Of a stretch of 64,000 nucleotides of DNA, positions 10,728 through 20,902 are shown piece by piece (the first letter of the stretch is position 1; the number at the start of each line of letters is the position of its first letter). Both the position numbers and the translations under genes were made by a program. The DNA comes from Spirochaetia bacterium. GTDB lineage: Bacteria; Spirochaetota; Spirochaetia; CADAEX01. The DNA is taken from NCBI GenBank assembly GCA_963662265.2, contig CAXXHA010000010.1:1-64000 (forward strand), in the 5' to 3' direction. The notes beneath the pieces were generated by a model that was not told where the DNA came from, did not search any database, and saw only the letters and a list, made by a program, of their open reading frames with translations.

Positions 10728-11918
10728 CTATGAAAGCAGTGATGTAAGGTAAGGCAGCGCTATAAAAGTGCCTATAGCACTTCCAACACTGGAAAGGAAA
10801 AACACAACAAGTATGTGTGTTACCCTGTTTCTGAAAAACCCTTTCACGCTCATAATATCATCACTCAGGTTCTCAAGATCTATGACTCTTGGCTTTCGCA
10901 GAACTGCTTCCAGTAATCCTGTAAACATGCCGACACCGATTGTGGGGTTCATGGATGTAATCGGAGCTGCGAGAAAGGCAAGCACTATTGTAAGAGGATG
11001 GGCCAGCGCAACAAGGGCGCCTGCAGCGGAAAAAGTCCCGTTTACTATGACCCAGCTTAAAAGCATGGAAAGGCTTCTGTCCCATCCGGATTTGAAAAAA
11101 CCGGCTCCAATAAGACCGATAACCAGCGCGGGAATAAGCCATGGAAGGATTTTTGAAAAAGTACTGCGGGGAGGTATTTCTATTATATCTTTCAGATCGA
11201 AACTTTCATTTCCCGATGCAAACTTTTCAAACCACTTAATCATTCCGGGAACATGGCCGGCGCCGACAACAGCAACAACCTTGCTTCCTGTAGCGGTAAA
11301 GATATTGGTTGCAAGATACCTGTCCCTCTCATCTATCAGAACTTTCTTTACAGAAGGGAGGTAGTCTGAAAGCTCATCCATCATATCATCAAGAGCGCTT
11401 CTCTCCTTCATTTTTTCAATATCTTCGCCGGAAACCTTTTCCCTTGAAAAAACACTGCCGACAAGGGAAGCAAGCATCTTGTTCTTGCCCCAGAAGCCGC
11501 TCTTGGCCCAGGCCCTTTTAAGCGTAACCTGAATATCCCTGTCAGAGAAACTGAACGGAATACCAAGCTCCTCAGCTGTATCAATTGCAGCCTTCATCTC
11601 ATCACCAGGCTTTACATCAAGCCCCTCGCCTATCTTTTTCTGAAAAGAGGACATTGCAAGATTTGCAAGCATGAGAAATCCCTGCCCCTTTTTCAAAATT
11701 TTGAATATATCAAGGTTTTCCCATTTACTTTTTGCCTTCATTGAGTTGTAACGGCCGGAATCTATTTCAACACAAACCCTGTCGGGAGCTTCCTCCCTTA
11801 TTATGGAAATAACCTCTTCCACACTCTCACTGGATACATGAGCAGTTCCGATTAATACAATCTCCCTGTCATCCTCTTTTATTCTTGTAACTGTATCGCT
11901 GTTTTCAACTACTAACAT
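10728..11918 (-). CDS. TraB/GumN (pheromone-shutdown-like) family protein
   Basis: LIGTAHVS, VCVEID, DRDIQVTLKRAW, LIDERD, VVGAGHVPG, with C-terminal TM helices. Confidence 0.88.
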   Translation of the reverse strand: MLVVENSDTVTRIKEDDREIVLIGTAHVSSESVEEVISIIREEAPDRVCVEIDSGRYNSMKAKSKWENLDIFKILKKGQGFLMLANLAMSSFQKKIGEGLDVKPGDEMKAAIDTAEELGIPFSFSDRDIQVTLKRAWAKSGFWGKNKMLASLVGSVFSREKVSGEDIEKMKERSALDDMMDELSDYLPSVKKVLIDERDRYLATNIFTATGSKVVAVVGAGHVPGMIKWFEKFASGNESFDLKDIIEIPPRSTFSKILPWLIPALVIGLIGAGFFKSGWDRSLSMLLSWVIVNGTFSAAGALVALAHPLTIVLAFLAAPITSMNPTIGVGMFTGLLEAVLRKPRVIDLENLSDDIMSVKGFFRNRVTHILVVFFLSSVGSAIGTFIALPYLTSLLS

Positions 11919-13391
11919 TTATTCTCCAACTTCCTCAAGCTTCCATTCTGCAATTTTATATTCAAGTGTCTCGGTAAATCCGGAATCAATTACCCTGCTG
12001 AAAAAGTCCTCACTCAGTACGCTTTTTCCAAATGTGTCATAATAAAGAGCAAGGTAAAAATATCCCTGCATATGTGTAATTGGTAATTTTTCCTCTTCTA
12101 TTTTCCTTACCGCTATTCCCTCATAAGGGGGATCTACATAAACCCTTGCAACATGGTACATCATTTCATCACGCGGCATCTTTGCAAGCTGTTTCTTTAC
12201 AAGATTTTTCGCATTGAATTTATCGCCGTCCTTCATCATTGATGCTGCAGCAAGGAGGACAAATGTATCATTCGGCTCTCTCTCATTTGCCTTTAAAAAG
12301 TATTCAGAGGCCTGTTTATATTCACCTGCCCTGTAAAGCTGCATTGCAGTGGGAAGATAACCGTAAAAATAATCATCATTTCTGGAAAGGGCTTTTTTAT
12401 AATCAGCAAGCGCCCTGTCGTTTTCACCGAGAGCTTCGAGCGCCTTTGCCCTGTGGGCATAGCAGATAAACATCTCGGGATCCATACCTATAGCCTTGTC
12501 AAAATCCTTAACAGCTTCTTCATACTTTCCTGAATAAAGCCTTGCCCGTCCGCGGTCAACATAGTTCCAGATATAATCAGGATCAAGCCTGACTGCTTCG
12601 TTCAGATCTTTTTCAGCACCCTCATAATCCTCTTTAAGAGATTTAAGGTAGCCCCTGTCTATATATGCAAACATGTTTTCAGGATCATTTTTAATCACAG
12701 TATCATACTGCTTCAGCGCTTCGTTATTCTTTTCCTGCTTCATCAGCAGAACAGCATAGCCGAGCCTTGCCTCGTTATCCATTGATCCGCTGCCGAGGCC
12801 CTTCCTGAAGGCTTTTTCAGCCTGTTTGTATTTCTTTTTATTATAATAAATCTTACCCAGAGCAATATTAGCATCCTCATTGTCAGGATCAAGAGCAATA
12901 ATTTTCTCAAGGATCTCCTCTTCCCTGACAGTGTCCCCTTTCATGTGATAAATCATTGAAAGATAATAAAGAGCATCTTCATTTTCAGGGTTTTCGGAAA
13001 GAAAAGCTGAGAGAACCGCTTCAGCATCATCAATCCTGTCATTGTTGAAAAGAAGAATTGAATAGAGAAGTTCATCAGAGCCGTTCTCTGTTTCATAAAG
13101 CTCAAGAGCTCCCTTTAAGTCTCCTTCTGCAATCATTTTTTCGATTCTGCTGATCAGAGAGTCTTCCTCCACAGCACCCGGCTTAACTCCCGGTTTTTCA
13201 GCACCCGGCTTCACAGATGCACAGGAAATTACCAGAGAAAGCATTGCTGCTGACAAAATTAAAAAAAGAAAAACTCTTCTGGTCTTCTGCAGTTTTCCGT
13301 TCAGAAGGACGGAATTGGGACCTGGCTGAGAGGCGCATGATGTAATATTTTTTACGGTGTCTTTAAGTGTTAATCTGGAAATGTATTTCAT
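11919..13391 (-). CDS. Tetratricopeptide-repeat protein, probable lipoprotein
   Basis: Hydrophobic signal ending VISC followed by multiple TPR-like repeats; the true start may be downstream. Confidence 0.8.
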   Translation of the reverse strand: MKYISRLTLKDTVKNITSCASQPGPNSVLLNGKLQKTRRVFLFLILSAAMLSLVISCASVKPGAEKPGVKPGAVEEDSLISRIEKMIAEGDLKGALELYETENGSDELLYSILLFNNDRIDDAEAVLSAFLSENPENEDALYYLSMIYHMKGDTVREEEILEKIIALDPDNEDANIALGKIYYNKKKYKQAEKAFRKGLGSGSMDNEARLGYAVLLMKQEKNNEALKQYDTVIKNDPENMFAYIDRGYLKSLKEDYEGAEKDLNEAVRLDPDYIWNYVDRGRARLYSGKYEEAVKDFDKAIGMDPEMFICYAHRAKALEALGENDRALADYKKALSRNDDYFYGYLPTAMQLYRAGEYKQASEYFLKANEREPNDTFVLLAAASMMKDGDKFNAKNLVKKQLAKMPRDEMMYHVARVYVDPPYEGIAVRKIEEEKLPITHMQGYFYLALYYDTFGKSVLSEDFFSRVIDSGFTETLEYKIAEWKLEEVGE

Positions 13392-13526
13392 AAATAAAAC
13401 TCCGGAATAATTTGAAAACGTCCCTGAACTGAATACAGGACTGCAAGGTTTTCAACTACTATACCCTGCATTCCCGATATTACTCAAGGTTGCTTTTTTA
13501 TTTTCATACTGCTAAAATAGCACACT

Positions 13527-15371
13527 ATGAGCATAAATATTAAAAAAAAATACTATATAATACCGGTTTTTTATATCGGGATAATATCACTGCTTGTTTA
13601 CATGCAGTTTTCTACAACTTCAGACTTTTCAGATAATATTTCTACAATTCAGATTACAGGAGAAACCAGGGCTAACAGCGATGACAGGGCAACTGCAGTT
13701 ACAGCCATGGAAATTGATATTCACGGTTTCATCCTTCCTCTTTCATCAAAAAAGCCAATTATAATGACGACTCTCGACGGCAACAAGACAAGGCTTTTTG
13801 TGAGAGGCTATAATAAGACAGGGGACGGAATGGAGCTGTTTCTGACAGGCGATGTAAAAATCAGGATAGAAAACAGGAACAAAGGATCAAGGGAATTCTG
13901 CCTCATACCGGTGTTTCCGTCAGGAAACAGCAATATCCAGTCTGTTTCTGTCCCTTTCCGCCTGATCAATCCGGAAGATACTTCTCCAACAGAAATATTT
14001 CCAGTTTTTTCATTTTCAGAAGGGGAAAACCTGTTTTTCACCGCAGCGACACCGCAGTCCACAATTGATATAGAAAAAAACATAATCACAGCTGTCCCTG
14101 ACAACGAACAGAATTTGAGAATCAGAATAAGCGAAGCAAGGGAAGGATTATCCGACCCCTACTCGTTCTGGTTTTCAAGCTTTATGATGGATCCGGAAAA
14201 CAGTGCTGAAACAGAAGCGCTTATCGCGGAATATATTGAGAAAGGATACTCAGGGTGGAAAGCCCCCCGTTTCAACCAGAAAACAGGGAAATGGAAAACA
14301 CATGACGGTGTTGAAGTCTACAACAGTGAAATAATATCAGCCTTAGCTTCCGAATCTTTCAGAAGAAATGAATTCAGAAGAAACAGGTGGCTGTTCAATG
14401 CATCGAGAGTTCTCAACAAGGAAACATTCCTGCTTGAAGCTGCGCTTGCAAACGGAAATCTAGTAAACACATATACAGAATTCCAGAAACAGGATGTTGA
14501 ACTTATCAATAAAATCAGCAGCATGATAAAGCAGAAAAATCCTGATGTTTTCAAAATCAACAACCTGATCAAGATAATTGTTGACAGGGGACCTTATTCT
14601 CTCAATCAGGAACTCTTTCAGATGGCTGAAAGAAACTATAATACAAAAAACAAATTCATAAGGCTGGGCATTGCTGTTGCCTATCTTGACTTTGCGGCTC
14701 TGAATATTGAACCTGAACTTTCCCTGGAAAGATTCAACCACATTGCAGACAACCTAATACTCAGAAACATAGTAAAAGCAGATGAAGGGCTTTTCCTGAC
14801 AGGGGAAGCTGACAAAGAGAGTTCTGATACACTTTTCACTCTCAAGGCTGCCGACTGTCTTATAAAATCAGAAAATTACAATACACGGCCGGTTATCAAT
14901 TCTATAGGAAGAAAACTTCTTACAGCGCTTCTTCCGTTCTCCAATTCGGAAGGTTTTTTGCCGGAAAAAATAATCATAAGAAACGGAAAGGTGAACAACA
15001 CCACAGGATATCTGGAACCTGAAAAAGCCTATATGTATCTTGGAAGTCCCAGGTACATGCCCAGGATCATAAGCCTTAAAAACGAACTCAATCCCGGGGC
15101 ATGGATTGCTACATGTGCAGAAAATGTTGATATAAAGAAAATGCCGGGAGAAATAAGAATAAGCACTTCTTTCCCTGCAGGTTCAATTGAATATCTGATA
15201 ATACAGGGAGTTCCGGAAGTAAAAGGTTTCAAGCTTTACGGTAAAGACTGGGTAAGTGACCCCTCTTTTGAAAGATATTCTGCAGGGTGGGTATATCAGA
15301 ATGAAACAAATTCCGTACTGATAAAACTTCAGCACAAGACGGAAACTGAAGAGATAACAATCAAATATTAA
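13527..15371 (+). CDS. Hypothetical exported or membrane-anchored protein
   Basis: 614-aa ORF with one N-terminal TM segment, preceded by TTGCTT-17-TAAAAT. Confidence 0.7.
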   Translation: MSINIKKKYYIIPVFYIGIISLLVYMQFSTTSDFSDNISTIQITGETRANSDDRATAVTAMEIDIHGFILPLSSKKPIIMTTLDGNKTRLFVRGYNKTGDGMELFLTGDVKIRIENRNKGSREFCLIPVFPSGNSNIQSVSVPFRLINPEDTSPTEIFPVFSFSEGENLFFTAATPQSTIDIEKNIITAVPDNEQNLRIRISEAREGLSDPYSFWFSSFMMDPENSAETEALIAEYIEKGYSGWKAPRFNQKTGKWKTHDGVEVYNSEIISALASESFRRNEFRRNRWLFNASRVLNKETFLLEAALANGNLVNTYTEFQKQDVELINKISSMIKQKNPDVFKINNLIKIIVDRGPYSLNQELFQMAERNYNTKNKFIRLGIAVAYLDFAALNIEPELSLERFNHIADNLILRNIVKADEGLFLTGEADKESSDTLFTLKAADCLIKSENYNTRPVINSIGRKLLTALLPFSNSEGFLPEKIIIRNGKVNNTTGYLEPEKAYMYLGSPRYMPRIISLKNELNPGAWIATCAENVDIKKMPGEIRISTSFPAGSIEYLIIQGVPEVKGFKLYGKDWVSDPSFERYSAGWVYQNETNSVLIKLQHKTETEEITIKY

Positions 15372-15782
15372 TATTTATCTTGTACAAATCAATTACAGGG
15401 CTGTTTATTAAAACAGTCCTTTTTTTTAATCCCGGTAATTATTATACAACTCCAAAAACAAAAAAAGCTGTACTGTCCGGTATACTGAACAGTACAGCGT
15501 GCCCCTGTGGGGTGTTGCCTTTCTAACATTTTCACCTGAAAAATGTATTTAAATAATATTTTACTGCCGAATCCCTCTTCAACTCTTATCAGCACCGTAA
15601 AGGGGTCTGCTCCTGTATGTTCTGCCCAACATCAAAAAAACAGGGTACTCAATAAAAGTTCCGGCTTAAATACTCCGGAATATGAAACACGCTGCCAGCG
15701 TTCCATAGAAAAAGAAGGAAAAGCCCTTAACAGGCAGTGCTTCCTGCAGGAGCAGGAAACACTTACCGGAATAAAATATTTA

Positions 15783-17756
15783 TTATCTGTTTATAATTGC
15801 AGCAAGGTTTTCAGCTGTAAAACCGAATTTCTTAGCTACATCTGTATATTTACCTGATTCACCGAATACATCAACAGCGAGAATATCATCTTCAGAAGAA
15901 GCAAGTCCTCTCCATCCTGTAGAAACTCCGCATTCAGCAACAACAACTCTTCCCCCTTCAGGAATGAGAGATGCTTTAAAAGCCTTATCCTGTGCTTCGA
16001 AGAGTTCTCTTGAAGGCATTGAAACAACTCTTACCTTCTTGTCTGTAAGTGCAAGTGCTTCGAGTGCAAGTGATACTTCAGAACCTGTTGCAACAACAGT
16101 TACATCCGGTTTACCTGAGCAGTCCGCAACAATGTAAGCACCTTTTCTCATGTTCTGTTTCCAGTTTGTATCAGCTTTTTCATAAACCTTGATTCCCTGT
16201 CTTGTGTATGCCATACAAACAGGTCCGTCTTTTCTTTCAACAGCCATCTGCCATGCAACTGCTGTTTCCTGAGCATCGCCGGGCCTCAGCATTATGTTGT
16301 TGGGAATAACTCTGAGTGATTCAACCTGTTCTACAGCCTGATGTGTAGGTCCGTCTTCTCCAACATAGATTGAGTCATGAGTAAAGATAAAAGTTGTAGG
16401 AACTTTCATGATCGCTGCAAGTCTTACAGTCGGTCTCATATAATCTGCAAATACAAGGAATGTCGCACAGTATCCTCTAAGTCCTCCGTGGAGTATGATA
16501 CCGTTTGTAACACCGCCCATTGCATGTTCTCTGATACCAAAGTGGAGAGTTCTTCCGGCTCTGTCTGCTCTTGAGAAATCACCGTTGTCAGGAACTACAG
16601 TGTTGTTTGAAGGAGCAAGGTCTGCTGATCCACCTACAAGGTTTGGAACTGCAGCGCATGCTGATACAAGTGATTTACCTGAAGCCTGTCTTGTAGCAAG
16701 TGCATCTCCAATTTCAAACTGTGGCATAGCTGCATCATCGATTGAAATAACTTCACCAGACATGAATTTGTCCCAGAGTTTTGCAAGATCTGCATTTTCA
16801 CTCTGCCATGAAGCAAATTCCTTCTTCCATGCATCATAGCCTGCAGCCTGTTCTTTTCTCTTTTCCTCAAAGTATTTATAAGCTTCAGGGAAAACATAGA
16901 AATCCTGATCCACAGGAATTCCAAGGCTTTCTCTCATCAGTTTTCTTTCTTCATCTCCGAGAGGAGCACCGTGTACTTTGTGAGTACCTGCAAGGTTTGG
17001 TGAACCTTTACCGATTACTGATTTAAGAACGATGAAAGCAGGTTTATCTTTAACAGCTTTAGCTTCTTCAACAAGTTTAACAATACCTTCGAGGTCATAT
17101 GCATCGCCTTTTAAAACCTGCCATCCGTAAGCTTCATATCTTGCTGCAACATCTTCTGTAAAAGCAAGATCTGTAGAACCTTCAATTGTAATTCCGTTAT
17201 CATCATAGAAAACAATAAGCTTTCCAAGGCCAAGATGTCCTGCAAGAGAAGCAGCTTCAGCTGTAATTCCTTCCATCATACATCCGTCGCCTGAGAGAGC
17301 ATATGTGTAATGATCTACTATTTTTCTTTTTTCTGTGTTGAATTTTGCAGCAAGCATTTCTTCTGCAATTGCCATACCTACAGAATTTGAAAAACCTGCG
17401 CCAAGCGGTCCTGTAGTTGTTTCAACACCATCAGTCCATCCGTATTCAGGATGTCCCGGAGTAAGTGTACCAAGCTGTCTGAAACCTTTAAGATCTTCAA
17501 TTGAAAGCTTGTAACCTGAAAGATGTAAAAGTGCGTAGAGAAATGTTGATCCGTGTCCTGCTGAGAGAACGAATCTGTCTCTGTTTATCCAGCTTGAATC
17601 TGCCGGATTATGATTCATGATTTCCCCATAAAGTAAAGCACCCAGTTCTGCGCATCCGAGCGGAAGACCAGGATGACCTGATTTGGCACTCTGTACCTGA
17701 TCGACAGCAAGCGTTCTTACTGAGTTTGCAACAGCTGTAATAGCTTGTTTATTCAT
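15783..17756 (-). CDS. tkt: Transketolase
   Basis: SGHPG, RDRFVLSAGHGS, GDGCMMEG (TPP motif), HFGIREHAMG, GEDGPTHQ. Confidence 0.97.
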   Translation of the reverse strand: MNKQAITAVANSVRTLAVDQVQSAKSGHPGLPLGCAELGALLYGEIMNHNPADSSWINRDRFVLSAGHGSTFLYALLHLSGYKLSIEDLKGFRQLGTLTPGHPEYGWTDGVETTTGPLGAGFSNSVGMAIAEEMLAAKFNTEKRKIVDHYTYALSGDGCMMEGITAEAASLAGHLGLGKLIVFYDDNGITIEGSTDLAFTEDVAARYEAYGWQVLKGDAYDLEGIVKLVEEAKAVKDKPAFIVLKSVIGKGSPNLAGTHKVHGAPLGDEERKLMRESLGIPVDQDFYVFPEAYKYFEEKRKEQAAGYDAWKKEFASWQSENADLAKLWDKFMSGEVISIDDAAMPQFEIGDALATRQASGKSLVSACAAVPNLVGGSADLAPSNNTVVPDNGDFSRADRAGRTLHFGIREHAMGGVTNGIILHGGLRGYCATFLVFADYMRPTVRLAAIMKVPTTFIFTHDSIYVGEDGPTHQAVEQVESLRVIPNNIMLRPGDAQETAVAWQMAVERKDGPVCMAYTRQGIKVYEKADTNWKQNMRKGAYIVADCSGKPDVTVVATGSEVSLALEALALTDKKVRVVSMPSRELFEAQDKAFKASLIPEGGRVVVAECGVSTGWRGLASSEDDILAVDVFGESGKYTDVAKKFGFTAENLAAIINR

Positions 17757-17809
17757 ATTTCCCCCTTATAAAATGATAAAACAAGTTTTATCTTTCCTCT
17801 GTTTCGCTA

Positions 17810-17904
17810 TCGAGCACTTTCCGAAGGAAAGTCTCTTTCTTTTCGAGCACTTTCCAAAGGAAAGTCTCTTTCTTTTCGAGCACTTTCCAAAGGAAAGTCT
17901 CTTT
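17810..17904. repeat. 33-bp tandem repeat (about 2.9 copies) with an internal hairpin, upstream of tkt
   Basis: TCGAGCACTTTCC(G/A)AAGGAAAGTCTCTTTCTTT at 17810, 17843 and 17876 (last copy truncated); no spacers. Confidence 0.92.
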
Positions 17905-18165
17905 ACTATGCCAAAACAAGTTTTGACATAGCCCTATACAGATTTCTACATATCTACCTAAGTATATATATTCTATACGAAAATATATTTAATTAAAAGA
18001 TATAAATCATAAACTACTAACAATATTTTTAAAATATCTATATATAAAATCTTTTTAAAATAAAGATCATTCAAAACAAATACATATACTCTTCCTGAAA
18101 ATATTTTAAGCAAAAACATATCAACAGGGGATGAATTAATCATTACGGAATGTTATAATAAGCAG

Positions 18166-18831
18166 ATGATTGATAACTACAAAACTTTTCTAAACAATGT
18201 TACCGGTACTCCGTATCTTCTGGGCAGGGACTCAGGGTTAAAATCTGCAGTACTGGTGCCGTTTATAAAAGCTGACAACCAGGAATATATCCTGTTTGAG
18301 AAAAGAGCATCCGGCATAAGGCAGGCAGGTGAAATCTGCTTCCCCGGCGGTGTATTTGACAGCAGCAGAGACAGGGATTTTTCAGAGACTGCCATGAGAG
18401 AAACAATCGAAGAACTGGGTATATCGGGGAATCTCATAGAAATTGATTATCATCTTGGTTACATGGTAGCCAACATGGGGGCAACTGTAGATATTTTCAC
18501 AGGAAGCATCCATATAAAAGATAAATCTGAGCTGAATCCAAATGCAGAGGAAGTTGAAAGTATCCATCTTGTCCCGGTTGATTTTTTTATGGATAATGAG
18601 CCTGAGGAATATAAGCTTCAGATAGAAATAAAATCATCATATGACAATGACATGGGTGAAAAAATCGTACTTTTCCCGGCTGAAAAACTTGGGCTTCCCG
18701 AAAAATACCACAATTCATGGCAGGGAAGAACTCCAAGTATTTATGTTTACAAATATGATGATATAATTATCTGGGGACTTACAGCAAAGATTATTAAAGA
18801 GATTGCGGAAATCATAAAAAAGAATAAATAG
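18166..18831 (+). CDS. Nudix hydrolase, CoA pyrophosphatase subfamily
   Basis: SAVLVP, RQAGEICFPGG...TAMRETIEELG Nudix box, IWGLTA. Confidence 0.88.
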   Translation: MIDNYKTFLNNVTGTPYLLGRDSGLKSAVLVPFIKADNQEYILFEKRASGIRQAGEICFPGGVFDSSRDRDFSETAMRETIEELGISGNLIEIDYHLGYMVANMGATVDIFTGSIHIKDKSELNPNAEEVESIHLVPVDFFMDNEPEEYKLQIEIKSSYDNDMGEKIVLFPAEKLGLPEKYHNSWQGRTPSIYVYKYDDIIIWGLTAKIIKEIAEIIKKNK

Positions 18832-18844
18832 AGGAATATCTGAG

Positions 18845-19285
18845 ATGAAAAGAGTTGTAATAGGAGCAGATCACGGAGCTTTCCAGCTGAAGGAAAGAAT
18901 AAAAAAACATCTTGATAAAAAAGGTTATGAAATAACCGACACAGGAGTTCTTGAAGAGGTATCTGTTGATTATCCGGACATGGCGGAAAATGCATGCAGG
19001 GAATACCTGAAGGGGAACTATGATTTCGGGATTGTTTGCTGCGGAACCGGAATCGGAATATCAATTGCAGCAAACAAGATAAAAGGGATAAGATGCGCAC
19101 TGCAGCAGAACCTTTTCACTGCAGAGATGAGCAAGGCACATAACAATGCAAATTTTCTGGCTTTCGGCGGAAGAATCGAATACAAAGACGGAACTGTTGA
19201 AGAGATGATTGATAAATTCATAGAAACTGATTATGAAGGCGACAGACACCAGAGGAGAATTGATAAAATTACAGGACTTGAATAA
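18845..19285 (+). CDS. rpiB: Ribose-5-phosphate isomerase B
   Basis: GADHGA, DYPD, CCGTGIGISIAANK, HNNAN, RHQRR. Confidence 0.93.
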   Translation: MKRVVIGADHGAFQLKERIKKHLDKKGYEITDTGVLEEVSVDYPDMAENACREYLKGNYDFGIVCCGTGIGISIAANKIKGIRCALQQNLFTAEMSKAHNNANFLAFGGRIEYKDGTVEEMIDKFIETDYEGDRHQRRIDKITGLE

Positions 19286-19372
19286 GATTCACAGATAAAA
19301 ACAGATAAAATATTATTTGTTAAAAATGCTTTATATCTATTATAGTTATAAACAAGGATATAAAGCAGATCT

Positions 19373-20893
19373 ATGAATAGAAAAAAAGCCGGCAAAATAT
19401 TATTTATAGGGATTTTACCACTTCTGACAGTTTTCCTGATAACAGCATATGTTATACATATAAGCTACAAAAAAAGAATTGAAGAGTATCAGCAGTTTAA
19501 AACTGAAGAAATGAAAAAAGAAATTGAAGTAGCGACAAATACTTACAGGAATTTTTCAGATTTTCTTTTTTACAACACAATCAACAGAGATGAAATATCA
19601 AAGCTGCTTTATGAAAGCTATACAAATCCTGAAACAAAAAATACCAACAGAATAAAGCTGAAGACAAAAATTGATTCACTTTACAATGATATAAAAAAAT
19701 ACGAATACAGACAGCTTCATTTTCATCTCCCTGATACAGAGAGCTTCCTGAGAATGCATAAACCTCCAAAATTCGGAGACAAGCTGGCATCAGTAAGGGA
19801 AACTGTAAGAATAACAAATCTCAACAGAACTGTATCAATAGGGTTTGAGGAGGGAAGAATATTCAACGGATACAGATATGTCTACCCGTTATTCTACAAG
19901 GACAAGCATGCCGGAAGTGTTGAGATAAGCATCTCTTTCAGCGCTGTCATAAAATCACTTGAAGAACTGTTTGACAAAAAATATATCTTTATACTTAAAA
20001 AAGAAATAATTGATAAAAAGGTATTCAGCTCTGAAAAATCCAACTATGAACCATTCTGTATTAACAGCAACTATATGCTTGATATAGCTGTCAACAGAAA
20101 AGAATCATGCGATTTCAACCGGGAAAAACTCTTAAACAATCCCCGAATAAAAGATTTCAGTAAAAAACTTGATTTAAATACTGATTTCATTCTTCCTATT
20201 ACAGACAGCAGCTACAGTCTGTTATTTACCGCTACGAAACTCATAAACTTCAGCAATCAGCATGCAGGATATATTATTTCAATAGAACCTCCGGAAGAAT
20301 TCTTATACGTAAGAAACAACACACTTGGAATGATAATTATAAGCGGAATCATAATGCTTCTTCTTTACTTACTTATCCAGTATCACATATGGGTAAAAAT
20401 AAAATTTGAAGAAATGGCTATGCATGACAAGCTTACAGCTCTTTACAACAGGCGAATGTTTCTTGAGATTTTCAAACAGACCCTGACCAGAATGAAAAGA
20501 TCCAGCGAATATTCTGTCACAATTATGGCAGACATTGATCACTTTAAAAAACTCAATGACAATTTCGGCCATAATACAGGGGACACTGTTCTCAAGACTG
20601 TTGCACAGATAATAAAAAGCAGCATAAGGGAAAGCGATATTTTATGCAGGTGGGGAGGAGAGGAATTTGTCATTCTGCTGCCCGGGACAAACCTGGAAAA
20701 CGGTAAAAAGATTGCAGAAAAAATAAGATTGAATATTGAAAATAATGATTTCAATATAAATGCAAAAGTCACATGCAGCTTCGGAGTTGCTGTCTTCACT
20801 GAAGAGGAAACCGACATATCAGACATAGTCAACAGGGCTGACAAAATGCTCTATAAAAGCAAGGAAAACGGAAGAAACAGGGTCGAAGGATAA
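19373..20893 (+). CDS. Diguanylate cyclase with periplasmic dCache-like sensor
   Basis: Two TM segments flanking QLHFH...SFLRMH...GFEEGR; DKLTALYNRR, DIDHFK and RESDILCRWGGEEF (RxxD I-site plus GGEEF). Confidence 0.9.
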   Translation: MNRKKAGKILFIGILPLLTVFLITAYVIHISYKKRIEEYQQFKTEEMKKEIEVATNTYRNFSDFLFYNTINRDEISKLLYESYTNPETKNTNRIKLKTKIDSLYNDIKKYEYRQLHFHLPDTESFLRMHKPPKFGDKLASVRETVRITNLNRTVSIGFEEGRIFNGYRYVYPLFYKDKHAGSVEISISFSAVIKSLEELFDKKYIFILKKEIIDKKVFSSEKSNYEPFCINSNYMLDIAVNRKESCDFNREKLLNNPRIKDFSKKLDLNTDFILPITDSSYSLLFTATKLINFSNQHAGYIISIEPPEEFLYVRNNTLGMIIISGIIMLLLYLLIQYHIWVKIKFEEMAMHDKLTALYNRRMFLEIFKQTLTRMKRSSEYSVTIMADIDHFKKLNDNFGHNTGDTVLKTVAQIIKSSIRESDILCRWGGEEFVILLPGTNLENGKKIAEKIRLNIENNDFNINAKVTCSFGVAVFTEEETDISDIVNRADKMLYKSKENGRNRVEG

Positions 20894-20902
20894 AACAGCT
20901 TC

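Noticed and set aside
10728-11918. TraB as evidence of a conjugative element
   Set aside because: The TraB/GumN family is commonly chromosomal; no relaxase or T4SS genes are nearby.
17810-17904. CRISPR array
   Set aside because: The hairpin repeats are directly adjacent with no unique spacers, and there are no cas genes.
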